64,000 bases of DNA from Candidatus Omnitrophota bacterium (GCA_015233675.1 JADFXH010000003.1:153279-217278), one strand, 5' to 3'. Counted from the first letter of the stretch, positions 29,256 to 38,480 are shown. A program made the numbers and translations. The notes: generated from the sequence alone by a model not told the origin.

Positions 29256-29331
29256 GCCGAGATAGCTCAGGTAGTAGAGCGCAGGACTGAAAATCCTGGC
29301 GTCCCCAGTGCAAGTCTGGGTCTCGGCACCA
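29256..29331 (+). tRNA. tRNA-Phe (GAA), CCA encoded
   Basis: Hand-folded cloverleaf: acceptor GCCGAGA/TCTCGGC, D-arm GCTC-AGGTAGTA-GAGC, anticodon arm CAGGA-CTGAAAA-TCCTG, T-arm CCCAG-TGCAAGT-CTGGG, discriminator A. Confidence 0.9.
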
Positions 29332-29340
29332 TTCTTTTTT
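29313..29340 (+). repeat. attL core (direct repeat copy 1, inside tRNA-Phe 3' end)
   Basis: AGTCTGGGTCTCGGCACCATTCTTTTTT, identical to 35588-35615. Confidence 0.9.
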
Positions 29341-29377
29341 AGGGCAATTTCATAACATATTTAAGTTGAAGTTTTTA

Positions 29378-29420
29378 GACGTAATTCCTTCATTTTCGAA
29401 GGAGTTGCGTCTTTTTTATT
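29378..29420 (+). terminator. rho-independent terminator-like hairpin plus T-run
   Basis: GACGTAATTCCTTC-ATTTTC-GAAGGAGTTGCGTC (14-bp stem with two G-U pairs) followed by TTTTTTATT. Confidence 0.55.
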
Positions 29421-29470
29421 GCTTTGGATGTGTTTGCGTCCATTTATATGTTTTTGTTTATTTAGGATTT

Positions 29471-29491
29471 TTAACGTCACGTTAACGTCAC
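29471..29491 (+). promoter_or_regulatory. candidate integrase arm-type site (left)
   Basis: TTAACGTCACGTTAACGTCAC is a direct dyad of TTAACGTCAC. It matches 35503-35523 at 18 of 21 positions in the same orientation. Confidence 0.4.
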
Positions 29492-29932
29492 AAGGTTTAA
29501 TGTGGCGTTTTTTGTATTACCGCATTGGTGCCTCTATGTTTTGCGGGATAAAAATCAAACTTGGACTGACATGGGGTCAGGGGTTAAAGTTTTCCCAAAA
29601 CAAACTGGATCAAACTTTCCGAACGACCGAAACTAACGTTCTTGGGTGAGATGGCAAAGATGCAAAGCCATTCAAGAAGCCTGGGCGGTGCGAGGGAAGG
29701 AATAGTTAAGAAAGGCTTTTGACTGCAACCCACCTGCATAATGCAGTCAGATTTCAACTTAACGAATAGTAAGATTTCAATTGACGCATTAAAGGTTAAT
29801 GCAGAAAGGGGAAAAGAATGTCTCCAAAAGATAAAGAGTTAAGAAGGGCGTACGCCAAGTTTAATGAACAAATAAAGGGACGCATTAACCATAAGGGTAA
29901 TTTTATCCCAACCCAACCAAAGGAGTATAACA

Positions 29933-30544
29933 ATGAAAAACGTCGGAATTTACGCAAGGGTCAGCACCGAAGATCAAACATCAATCCAGCAATTAGAGCA
30001 GTTACGGAATTATTGCGAGCAGAAAAAGCTAAACGTATATTCCGAGTATGTTGATGAGGGGGAGAGCGCCTTAAAAACAAATCGTCCAGAATACCAAAGG
30101 CTTTTAGAAGATGCACGTAAGCGAAAAATTGATACAATTCTGGTTTATAAATTGGATCGTTTTAGCCGGAGCCTTAAAGAGTTGGTCAACACGATTAGCA
30201 ACATAAAAGAATACGGGGTTAATTTTGTCAGCTTTATGGAAAAGGATTTTGATACAACTTCTGCCACTGGCCAGCTTATGTTTCACATCGTTTCCGCTTT
30301 TGCCCAGTTTGAAAGGGATATGATCTCGGAAAGAACGAAATTGAAACTTAATTATTTAAAAAGCAAGGGAATCAAATTGGGAAGGCCGCAGAAAGCGGAT
30401 TTCCAGCGTGTATCCAATTTAAGGGCACAGGGGCTTTCTTTAGGCCAAATTGGTCGGGAAATAGGTTGCGATAAGTCCACGGTATGTAAGGCGTTGAAAA
30501 AGGCCAATTACATTGGAAACAACGGCAACTGTGTTGCGGTTTAG
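29933..30544 (+). CDS. serine recombinase (resolvase/invertase family)
   Basis: MKNVGIYARVSTEDQ catalytic Ser motif, LDRFSRS, and C-terminal HTH GLSLGQIGREIGCDKSTVCKAL. Strong SD AAGGAG. Confidence 0.9.
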   Translation: MKNVGIYARVSTEDQTSIQQLEQLRNYCEQKKLNVYSEYVDEGESALKTNRPEYQRLLEDARKRKIDTILVYKLDRFSRSLKELVNTISNIKEYGVNFVSFMEKDFDTTSATGQLMFHIVSAFAQFERDMISERTKLKLNYLKSKGIKLGRPQKADFQRVSNLRAQGLSLGQIGREIGCDKSTVCKALKKANYIGNNGNCVAV

Positions 30545-30632
30545 GTGCTATTTTGTGATAAATTGATTTTGAATAGCTTTTTTAAATAAATTTAAGGTGG
30601 CAAGTTATTAGTATCTAAATAGTTTAGACCAT

Positions 30633-30848
30633 TTAGAATTTTAAAAGTTGAGATATTGTAATGCCGAGTGCCTTGGCGATTCTTTCAATCGTGGTAAGTC
30701 TAATATCGGGAGGGGTTTTCCCTTCAATTCTTTGAATGTATTTATAGCTTGTTTTAATAGCCTCGGCTAATTCTTCTTGCGTCATTCCACGCTTTTGTCG
30801 AACTTCTTTGACTTTCTTCCCAAAATTAATGTTGATCAGATTTGACAT
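30633..30848 (-). CDS. XRE-family HTH transcriptional regulator
   Basis: FGKKVKEVRQKRGMTQEELAEAIKTSYKYIQRIEGK. The internal ATG at 30848 is preferred over the 112-aa ORF. Confidence 0.8.
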   Translation of the reverse strand: MSNLININFGKKVKEVRQKRGMTQEELAEAIKTSYKYIQRIEGKTPPDIRLTTIERIAKALGITISQLLKF

Positions 30849-30903
30849 ACACCATATTATCGTATGGTGTTTTAATCTCTGACACCCCCTTAATTGATGG
30901 TGT
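30849..30903. promoter_or_regulatory. two 22-bp operator-like palindromes in the divergent XRE/lipoprotein intergenic region
   Basis: ACACCATA-TTATCG-TATGGTGT at 30849-30870 is perfect. ACACCCCC-TTAATT-GATGGTGT at 30882-30903 matches at 6 of 8 arm positions. Confidence 0.5.
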
Positions 30904-30980
30904 ATGATTTTTATAAACTTTAGCTTTAAATAAACTTGTCCTTTTGATTCTTGGGGACAAGTCCAATTCAAGGGGGTTAA

Positions 30981-31484
30981 ATGAAAAGAACGCTCGTTTT
31001 ATTGTTTTGTTTAGGGTTATGTGGATGCGCAGTCAATAATGAAACATTGATAGCCCAAGAAAATACGATTCAAGAATATTTAAATAATCCGGATGAAGAT
31101 GCCCTCATCGTGGTAACGAGTCAATCAGGATTAAACATTCCAATTGAATGTCAGGTAGGGGTGAATTCACTTAACAATCCATCTGGCAATACTGGGAATC
31201 ATCAAACAGGAACGCCTTTTGTAATGAGGATTCCTACGGGGGAATCAATGAAGAAGAACGTCAGTCTTTATAATTCTGTAAAACCGGATGAAAAACAAGC
31301 CTTCATACTTCAAATTACTCCGTATATCCCGATAATTAACGTATCTTGTCAGTCAATGGAAGGGGGGTTGAATGGGAAGATTTATTTTGATGGTAAAATA
31401 GTAACTTCTTATGAATCCCCTTCTAATGTTGGAATGGTCGCGATGATGTATAAACTCCCTTTGGAAGAATTAGTATCGAAATAA
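30981..31484 (+). CDS. hypothetical lipoprotein
   Basis: Lipobox LLFCLGLCGCAV. SD AAGGGGG. No recognisable domain. Confidence 0.6.
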   Translation: MKRTLVLLFCLGLCGCAVNNETLIAQENTIQEYLNNPDEDALIVVTSQSGLNIPIECQVGVNSLNNPSGNTGNHQTGTPFVMRIPTGESMKKNVSLYNSVKPDEKQAFILQITPYIPIINVSCQSMEGGLNGKIYFDGKIVTSYESPSNVGMVAMMYKLPLEELVSK

Positions 31485-31622
31485 AAGTACCCGTTAATAA
31501 AACATTCGTTTAATCTGCTCCCCTGTGATTTAATAAATTGCAGGGGATTTTTATTTGGAGTATGATTTAAAAAGTCTAAAATCTGGGCATTGATATGTCA
31601 CGTATTTTAAATAAGGAGCTTT

Positions 31623-32474
31623 ATGGAAAATTGTAAACTCGGAAATATAACAAAAGTTATCGTCGTAATAGGGGCTGGATCAATCGGCCAAGCAATTACG
31701 CGACGAGTCAGTGCAGGTAAGCGCGTTGTTCTCGCTGATTTGCGTCAAGACAACGCCGATACGGCAGCAAAAACTTTGAGTGATGCTGGTTTCAGTGTGA
31801 GTACCGCAAAGGTTGATGTGTCATCACGTGCGTCCGTTCAAGCCTTGGTTAAGACTGCTGCTTCTCATGGAGAAATTTTCGGTGTCATCCATGCAGCCGG
31901 AGTTTCCCCTTCACAAGCATCACCGGAAACGATCTTGAAGGTTGATCTTTATGGAACAGCGCTTGTACTTGAAGAATTTGGCAATGTTATCGCGCAGGGG
32001 GGGTCTTGTGTTGTTATTTCTTCACAGTCGGGGCATCGCCTGCCGCCGCTTTCTGTTGAGCAGAATAGGGCGCTTGCAACGACGCCAGTTGATGAATTGC
32101 TTAAACTTCCAATTCTTCAACCCGATCAAGTGACTGATCCTCTTCGTGCTTACCAGATTTCAAAACGCGCAAATTCTCTGCGGGTAATGGCAGAAGCGGT
32201 CCGGTGGGGCAAGCGCGGTGCGCGAGTCAATTCTATTAGTCCCGGCATTATTATTACACCACTCGCTAATGATGAATTGAATGGGCCGCGCGGCGCTGGC
32301 TATCGACGTATGATTGAAGTGTCTGCCGCTGGCCGAGCCGGTACTTCAGACGAAGTAGGAAATGTTGCTGCGCTTCTCATGGGGCCTGACGGTGCGTTTA
32401 TCACCGGCAGTGATTTTCTTATGGATGGTGGGGTTACTGCTGCTTATTGGTATGGTGAACTTGCTTCAAAATGA
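31623..32474 (+). CDS. short-chain dehydrogenase/reductase
   Basis: VIGAGSIGQAI, SSQSG, YQISKRAN (YxxxK), PGIIITP. Confidence 0.85.
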   Translation: MENCKLGNITKVIVVIGAGSIGQAITRRVSAGKRVVLADLRQDNADTAAKTLSDAGFSVSTAKVDVSSRASVQALVKTAASHGEIFGVIHAAGVSPSQASPETILKVDLYGTALVLEEFGNVIAQGGSCVVISSQSGHRLPPLSVEQNRALATTPVDELLKLPILQPDQVTDPLRAYQISKRANSLRVMAEAVRWGKRGARVNSISPGIIITPLANDELNGPRGAGYRRMIEVSAAGRAGTSDEVGNVAALLMGPDGAFITGSDFLMDGGVTAAYWYGELASK

Positions 32475-32489
32475 AGAAAGAGAAATAAA

Positions 32490-33083
32490 ATGAAAATACT
32501 AATTATCAATGCTCACCTCAATTATTCCGGCTGGTCTGAGGGTAAACTTAACACTACCTTTAGGGAACTCGCAAAGACATTTTTCACGGAGCGTGGACAT
32601 CAGGTCATTGAAACTTTTATCGAGCGTGGCTATGATCCGCAGGAAGAAGTGCAAAAACACGTGGCGGCTGACGTGGTCATTCTACAAATGCCGGTAAACT
32701 GGTTTGGTGCACCGTGGATTTATAAGAAATATGCGGATGAAGTCTTTAATCTCGGCTTATCATCAAAAGTTTTGCTGGAAGATGATGGTCGTACACGCAA
32801 AGACCCAAGTAAGCAATATGGAACGGGCGGCAAGATGCAGGGGAAGAAGTTTATGATCTCTGCGACGTGGAATGCTCCGCGAGAAGCCTTTGACAATCCT
32901 AAAGGCGTATTAATGGGCGGCAAGGGAACGGTAGATCTGTTTCTTAATATCACGTCCAACTACAAGTTCTGTGGCTACGACATTCTGCCGGATTTTGGGA
33001 TTTTCGATATTTTTAAGAACCCAAATGTCCCTGGCGCTCTGGAAGCCTACAAGCGGCATTTGGAGAAGTATTGCCTGAAATAA
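32490..33083 (+). CDS. flavodoxin-like-fold NAD(P)H:quinone oxidoreductase (MdaB-like)
   Basis: [22 protein letters not shown]...[19 protein letters not shown] resembles the MdaB / NAD(P)H dehydrogenase (quinone) family. Confidence 0.8.
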   Translation: MKILIINAHLNYSGWSEGKLNTTFRELAKTFFTERGHQVIETFIERGYDPQEEVQKHVAADVVILQMPVNWFGAPWIYKKYADEVFNLGLSSKVLLEDDGRTRKDPSKQYGTGGKMQGKKFMISATWNAPREAFDNPKGVLMGGKGTVDLFLNITSNYKFCGYDILPDFGIFDIFKNPNVPGALEAYKRHLEKYCLK

Positions 33084-33099
33084 GGAAGGATATAAATTT

Positions 33100-33495
33100 A
33101 TGGAAATCAAAAGAAGTGGTTCACAACCATCTACTAAAGGCCCTGCGGATTATTTTACGGGTACAGTGCGCGTTGACCCGCTGTTCCAAGTCAAAGAGCC
33201 TGCACGGACGGCTGGAAACAGCGTTACTTTTGAGCCCGGCGCTCGAACGGCCTGGCATACGCATCCATTAGGCCAGACGTTAATCGTAACCGCAGGTTTA
33301 GGCCGTGCGCAACGTTTAGGAGGGCCAGTTGAAGAAATTCGGCCAGGCGATGTCATTTGCTTTGCACCAGGCGAAAAGCACTGGCATGGAGCTACCCCAA
33401 CTACGGCCATGACGCATATTGCCATTCAAGAACAGCTTGATGGTAAGGCGGTGAACTGGATGGAAAAGGTCATTGACGAACAGTACCAAGGCTAA
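33100..33495 (+). CDS. cupin-domain protein
   Basis: Cupin motifs [17 protein letters not shown] and [17 protein letters not shown]. Confidence 0.8.
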   Translation: MEIKRSGSQPSTKGPADYFTGTVRVDPLFQVKEPARTAGNSVTFEPGARTAWHTHPLGQTLIVTAGLGRAQRLGGPVEEIRPGDVICFAPGEKHWHGATPTTAMTHIAIQEQLDGKAVNWMEKVIDEQYQG

Positions 33496-33685
33496 AAAGT
33501 TATTAAATAATTTTTGACTTTATTCAGCAATCGACCGCAGGGGGTAGATGTTGAAAAAAGGAGATAAAAAGCGCTATAGCAAATGCTTCATTTTTGGCCT
33601 ATTGAATAAAGGGACGTTTATTCAATAGCAAAAAAGGCTTTTATTTGATCTGCCCAGCAATAGGGGAAAGGCACTTCTTTTAAGC

Positions 33686-34114
33686 TTATTCTTTATTTTT
33701 AGGCTTTTGGGCTTGCTTTAAAGTTTTGTTGAATGTGGTTTGGAATTCTTTGTACGCTTTAATTAAAGCTTGTGAAGTTTTTGGGTCAAAAGAAGGGGCC
33801 TTTATAGCAGCAAATGCTTTATTTAAAGGTTTCATTGCTTCTGAAAATTTTTCAAAAGATTTTGTAACACTTGCCATATACTGCTCATACTTTTCAGGGT
33901 CCTTTTCCTTCAAGTAATCATCAATTATTATGTCTTCGTTTAAATTGAGGGCTTTTATAATTCTTTCCATTACTTCCAAAGATGGAAGTTTATTGTGTTT
34001 TTCGATTTGAGTGATATAGACAGGATTTACTTGAACCTTATTGGCTAATTCATAGACTTTAAGTCCAAGTTCCTTCCGGCGTTTTCTAATTTTTTGCCCC
34101 AGAGGTATTAGCAT
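33686..34114 (-). CDS. XRE-family HTH regulator with extended C-terminus (repressor-like)
   Basis: LGQKIRKRRKELGLKVYELANKVQVNPVYITQIEKHNKLPSLEVMERIIKAL. It is divergent from the excisionase/integrase pair. Confidence 0.75.
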   Translation of the reverse strand: MLIPLGQKIRKRRKELGLKVYELANKVQVNPVYITQIEKHNKLPSLEVMERIIKALNLNEDIIIDDYLKEKDPEKYEQYMASVTKSFEKFSEAMKPLNKAFAAIKAPSFDPKTSQALIKAYKEFQTTFNKTLKQAQKPKNKE

Positions 34115-34190
34115 AAAAACAGTGTAACAAATGCCATACTAACAAACAAGTTATTTTTTGTTTGACTTTATTTGGTTTTGTTTATAAGAT

Positions 34191-34208
34191 ACTAACTAAT
34201 CAGTTAGT
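34191..34208. promoter_or_regulatory. operator-like palindrome between the repressor-like gene and xis
   Basis: ACTAACT-AATC-AGTTAGT. Confidence 0.3.
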
Positions 34209-34229
34209 TAATAAAGGAGGGAAAACGAT

Positions 34230-34412
34230 ATGAGCAATCTTTTAACGCCAGAAAATATTTGCCAAAGGTATGGGGTAAGCATTTGGACTGTTTATCAATG
34301 GACTTCGAAAAGTTTGATCCCACATTTAAAAATAAGGGGAATGGTTCGTTTTAGAGAAGAAGACATTGAAAAGTGGGAAAGCAAAGGGGCCGTACAAGTA
34401 AATTTATTATGA
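34230..34412 (+). CDS. excisionase-type HTH DNA-binding protein
   Basis: LLTPENICQRYGVSIWTVYQWTSKSLIPHLKIRGMVRFREEDIEKW is Xis/MerR-like. Its stop overlaps the integrase ATG (ATGA). Confidence 0.7.
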   Translation: MSNLLTPENICQRYGVSIWTVYQWTSKSLIPHLKIRGMVRFREEDIEKWESKGAVQVNLL

Positions 34413-35506
34413 GAAAACGATTCAGAACACCGAGTATTTATAAACGCGGTCAGTGGTGGTGCTTTAAAATCACTAATTCTTTCGGTAAAAGGATTGAAAT
34501 AAAGTCGGTTTCCGAGAGAGAGGCAAAAATGAAGCGGTCAGAAACCACGCATCAAGTTATGAGCGAAGTGAATGGCTCTTTTACTTATCGAGTAAGCATT
34601 AACCAGGGAATTGAGTATTGGCGGCAACTCAAAAAGAACACAGTAGTTGTGCGTTCCCTTAATCGCTACGATGGAATCATGGATAATTTCAAAGCATTTA
34701 TTAGAGAGAAATATTCTCGGTTTAAATATTTTGATGAAACCCAGGAAGATGACTGCTTTGCCTTGAATTATAGAAATTACAGGATTAAGCAAGGTAGAGC
34801 GTCTAAAACAGTTCACGATGAAGAGAGTATGCTGTCGGATTTGTATAAGTTGTTAATTAGAAAGAAAAAAATAAGCAATATAAATCCTTTTAGTGATCTT
34901 GAACCATTATTAGTTGAGCCTGTCCAAAAGAGACGAGTAATACCTAACGATGAATTAATAAAGTTTTTTAATTTAGCCAAACATGACAGCGGTAAAATTT
35001 TTTGGTATGGACTATTTATGACTTTATATATGACAGGAATGCGTCGAGATCAAGTTAGGCTTATGGAAAAGTCTTGGGTTAATTTTGAAACAGGCCATTT
35101 TGAGTTTCCTCAGACAAAGACAATGAAAGGGAAGGTAATCTCAAAAACTATTCCAATACATCCAGAGTTGAAGTCTATATTGGCAGAAGCAATTTTAAAA
35201 TCAAAAAGTTTGTATGTTTTTCCAAATCGGGATAGCAAAGTATTACCCAAGAATGCGATTAGGGATAGGATGCAAAGAATATGTGCTGCTGCCAACATTA
35301 TGAAGTCAACGCCACATGATTTTAGGCATACTTGGAGCACAAAGGCCAGAATGTCTGGCATGTCCAATGAAGCCCGTAGAGAAATTGGCGGTTGGAGTTC
35401 GGACGAGGTGATGAATAGCACCTATACACATTATCCTGAACAAAAGGTACAGGACGAATATTTCGGAGTCAAATTCTTGGATTTTATGAGCAGTTCAAAA
35501 GCTTAA
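34409..35506 (+). CDS. tyrosine-type site-specific integrase
   Basis: C-terminal catalytic region TGMRRDQV..., HDFRHTWSTKA, GGWSS...YTHY. Confidence 0.9.
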   Translation: MRKRFRTPSIYKRGQWWCFKITNSFGKRIEIKSVSEREAKMKRSETTHQVMSEVNGSFTYRVSINQGIEYWRQLKKNTVVVRSLNRYDGIMDNFKAFIREKYSRFKYFDETQEDDCFALNYRNYRIKQGRASKTVHDEESMLSDLYKLLIRKKKISNINPFSDLEPLLVEPVQKRRVIPNDELIKFFNLAKHDSGKIFWYGLFMTLYMTGMRRDQVRLMEKSWVNFETGHFEFPQTKTMKGKVISKTIPIHPELKSILAEAILKSKSLYVFPNRDSKVLPKNAIRDRMQRICAAANIMKSTPHDFRHTWSTKARMSGMSNEARREIGGWSSDEVMNSTYTHYPEQKVQDEYFGVKFLDFMSSSKA

Positions 35507-35523
35507 CGTCACGCTATTGTCAC
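35503..35523 (+). promoter_or_regulatory. candidate integrase arm-type site (right)
   Basis: TTAACGTCACGCTATTGTCAC overlaps the integrase stop codon. Confidence 0.4.
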
Positions 35524-35587
35524 AACAAAGGGGTAGAAATGCTGCAAATATGTGGTAATATAAGGCTTTCCAACAAGCCGATGATTG

Positions 35588-35615
35588 AGTCTGGGTCTCG
35601 GCACCATTCTTTTTT
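35588..35615 (+). repeat. attR core (direct repeat copy 2, partial tRNA-Phe 3' end)
   Basis: AGTCTGGGTCTCGGCACCATTCTTTTTT. Confidence 0.9.
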
Positions 35616-35644
35616 GTAAGTCAAAGTCTTAACACCGTTTTTAA

Positions 35645-36577
35645 ATGTCCGCTCACAAACGTAAAATCATACCCAAAAAAGGCTCGACACCGGGGATACA
35701 CCGGAAGAAATGTTGCATTTGCGGGAAGCCGGTCTGCACAGATCGTGCAGAATATTGCCTGGTCTGCCGTGATTTTGCTATACGTATGTCGGTCGAACGT
35801 CTGCCCCAAGCGAGCATTCAGGATATTTGGGAGTCTGTGCGCAAAAATGGCTATGTCTGTTTCTACACCGGCATGGCGCTGGATATGAGCAGTCCTACAA
35901 GCCCATGGTACGGGGTCTTGGATCATTGGATTCCGGGTGATAACAGGAAGGTGGTTCTGACATCCGCCTTGTTCAATGAGATGAAATCAGACCTCTCTGA
36001 GGTGGAATTTTGGTATTATGTAGAGGAGTTATACAATTTTAAAAAGAACGGTACCCCGATTAGAAAGAAAAGGGTGGTTTACTGGCAGGGGCTTGTGGGG
36101 CCGGGCAGGGGAATTTACAAAGAAGGCCCGACGCCAAAGATCCACGGGAAGAAATGCTGTATCTGCCGCAAACCGGTTTGCAGCAATCATTCAAAATATT
36201 GCAGCATCTGCCGTCAATTTGCCGCACACATGCGGGTTGCTCGATTACCTCCATTGACGGTTCAAAGTATTTGGGCGTATGTGCGTCAGCATGGGTATGT
36301 CTGTTACTACACCGGCATGGCGCTGGATATGAGGCATCGTAAAAGCCCGTGGTACGGCGTCTTGGACCATTGGATTCCGGGTGATAATAAGAAAGTTGTC
36401 TTGACGTCCGACTTGTTCAATGAGATGAAATCGGACCTTTCGGAGAAGGAATTTTGGTATTATATAGAACAATTATACCATTTTAAAAAGAACGGGACCT
36501 CTATTAGAAAGAAAAGGCTGGTTTACTGGGAAAGGCTTGTCTTGAATTTGAAGCCCATTATTTCAGGCATTATTTGA
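35645..36577 (+). CDS. internally duplicated Zn-ribbon + HNH-like protein (two roughly 150-aa copies in one chain)
   Basis: Each half has KKCCIC(G/R)KPVC...YC(L/S)(V/I)CR(D/Q)F, then YTGMALDM...SPWYGVLDHWIPGDN(R/K)KVVLTS.LFNEMKSDLSE.EFWYY. Confidence 0.6.
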   Translation: MSAHKRKIIPKKGSTPGIHRKKCCICGKPVCTDRAEYCLVCRDFAIRMSVERLPQASIQDIWESVRKNGYVCFYTGMALDMSSPTSPWYGVLDHWIPGDNRKVVLTSALFNEMKSDLSEVEFWYYVEELYNFKKNGTPIRKKRVVYWQGLVGPGRGIYKEGPTPKIHGKKCCICRKPVCSNHSKYCSICRQFAAHMRVARLPPLTVQSIWAYVRQHGYVCYYTGMALDMRHRKSPWYGVLDHWIPGDNKKVVLTSDLFNEMKSDLSEKEFWYYIEQLYHFKKNGTSIRKKRLVYWERLVLNLKPIISGII

Positions 36578-36798
36578 TTATTAATTTTCTGGATAAATAT
36601 CGAAGTGAATTAATTAAAGAGGTTTTTTTGGGCGAGGCCCCCCGTGACCTTGGTATTAAGCGGGAACTTATGGACAGTCTTTGTGTTTTGCCGTTTTCGT
36701 TGGAACAGGTTGATAGTCAAGGGGACAAAAGTTATAATTTTTTATATCGCGAAGTTATCGACACCACTTGGGCCAAGATAAACGCACGTTTAAACTAG
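36574..36798 (+). CDS. hypothetical small protein (TTG start, weak)
   Basis: ORF only, overlapping the upstream stop. No motif recognised. Confidence 0.25.
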   Translation: MIINFLDKYRSELIKEVFLGEAPRDLGIKRELMDSLCVLPFSLEQVDSQGDKSYNFLYREVIDTTWAKINARLN

Positions 36799-36900
36799 GA
36801 ATTGGACATCCTGCAATATTGCTAGGTTAGGATATTTTGGAATGGGTATGGCTAAAATATTTTCAGATATTTCCCTAAAGCGTTTTAAATATAAATTCTT

Positions 36901-38480
36901 ATGATATTAAGGCTAGAGGCACATAAAGTTATTGTTGCTATTTTTTTTGTCATATTCCTTGGCGTGGGCATTTTTATTGTCAAGGATTATGGGATGTCTT
37001 GGGATGAGCCAGGGCAAAGAGAAAATGGCATTGTCGCCTTTGATTATGTTATTAAAGGAGACCAAAAGTTACTAAAGTATGCCCATAGAGAGTACGGTAC
37101 GTTTTTTGAAACAGTTTTAGTCGTTTTAGAAAAGGGGCTGCATCTTACTGATAATTCCAGAGCTCTTTATTTGATGAGGCATTTTGTTACGTTCTTATTA
37201 TTTTATTTGGGGACGTTTTTTTCTATTTATTATGCACAAGAATTTTTCGTAGTTGGCAGACAGGTTTGCTGGGGTGTTTATTCTTAGTTCTAAGCCCCAG
37301 GATTTTTGCCGATGCGTTTTATAATTCAAAAGATATTGCGTGTTTATCGGTATTTATCATATGCACCTATACTTTGATTAATTATTTGGAAAACAAAACA
37401 TTTGTTAACGCCTTTATTCATGCGATTGCGTCCTCCATGCTCATCGACATTAGGGTCGTCGGAGGGATAATCCCTGCGCTTTCCTTGCTTTTTACTTCCG
37501 TAGATATTTTTTTGATGGGTTTAAAAGGAACAAATTTTTTAAGAGTATCTTTGAGTTTGTTGGCGTACTGTTTCTTTTTAATTATCTTTACAATGCTTTT
37601 TTGGCCGTTTTTATGGACATCACCCCTAAATAATTTTTTTTACGCTTTATCATCAATGGCCCATTATGCGTGGCCGATCGGCTTAGTTTTGTATTTGGGT
37701 CAATATATCAGGGCTGTCCATGTGCCGTGGCATTATATCCCCGTATGGATTGCCATTTCAACGCCCTTAGTCTATGTTTTTACTTTTTGTATCGGGTATT
37801 TAAAAATAATAATGCTCCTATGGAAAAATCCCGGGCAATTTTATCGAGACAATAAGAGTGAACTGATAATTTTATTGTCATTTTCGTTGCCCGTACTAAC
37901 CGTTATTCTGCTTAAGTCTGTTCTCTATGATGCCTGGAGGCAATTATTTTTTGTTTATCCTTATTTTTTAATTATTTCCTTAATAGGATTACGAGAAATA
38001 TTTGGTTTTGTTAGCCGGAAATCAGGCAGTATCCTTATTCAGAAAATGTGTGTTATTTTGGTATCGCTTAATTTGATTTCTGTGGCTTCTTTTATGATTA
38101 AAATTCATCCTTATCAAAATATTTATTTTAACCGTTTAGCCGGACGAAACATGAAAGAAGTAAAAGACAAATTTGAGTTGGATTATTGGGGGCTAACATT
38201 CACCAAGGCATTAGAGTATATTGTGACTCATGATCCGGACCGTTCTATCAGAATTTTTGTCGATCATCGTGCCTATTTGGGGGATAGTTTTGATGGTGTG
38301 AACACACAGATGCTTAAGGCCAGTGATAGGAAACGGCTGGTATTCGTTAAAAATCCAATGGAAGCAAAATATTTTATGAGTAATTACCGTTGGCACAAGG
38401 AAGAATATCCTTTTGGGAATGAATATTATTCAATTAGAGTAGACGGGGCAGCAATTGTAGTTGTTTATCGGTTTTATTGA
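36901..38480 (+). pseudogene. GT-C fold glycosyltransferase (ArnT/PMT-like) split by a frameshift at a T7 run
   Basis: ORF 36901-37287 (FIVKDYGMSWDEPGQ...) and ORF 37266-38480 are consecutive parts of one polytopic protein. One extra T at 37216-37222 would read ...LGTFFFYLLCTRIFRSWQTGLLGCLFLVLSPRIF. Confidence 0.75.

Larger units (their letters stand above)
29313..35615. mobile_element. integrated genomic island (about 6.3 kb) at the 3' end of tRNA-Phe
   Basis: A 28-bp perfect direct repeat sits at both ends. The tyrosine integrase and excisionase are at the distal end. The island also carries a serine recombinase, XRE regulators and matching 21-bp arm-type repeats near both ends. Confidence 0.85.

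Noticed and set aside
29818-30054. 78-aa ORF with a decent SD (AAAGGGGA) upstream of the serine recombinase
   Set aside because: It overlaps the recombinase by 122 nt in another frame, is highly basic and low in complexity, and has no recognisable motif. Only the first ~38 codons could be real. It is not supportable as a feature.
29933-30544. Invertible-promoter (inverton) switch controlled by the island serine recombinase
   Set aside because: I found no pair of inverted repeats flanking a promoter-sized segment near the gene. There are only short direct repeats (AGATTTCAA x2 at about 29749-29780). The recombinase is more simply a resolvase-type accessory of the island.
33599-33628. Perfect 12-bp-stem hairpin CTATTGAATAAA-GGGACG-TTTATTCAATAG after the cupin gene, considered as a terminator
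   Set aside because: The hairpin is followed by an A-run on both strands, with the T-run upstream. It therefore lacks the 3' U-tract needed for an intrinsic terminator in either direction.
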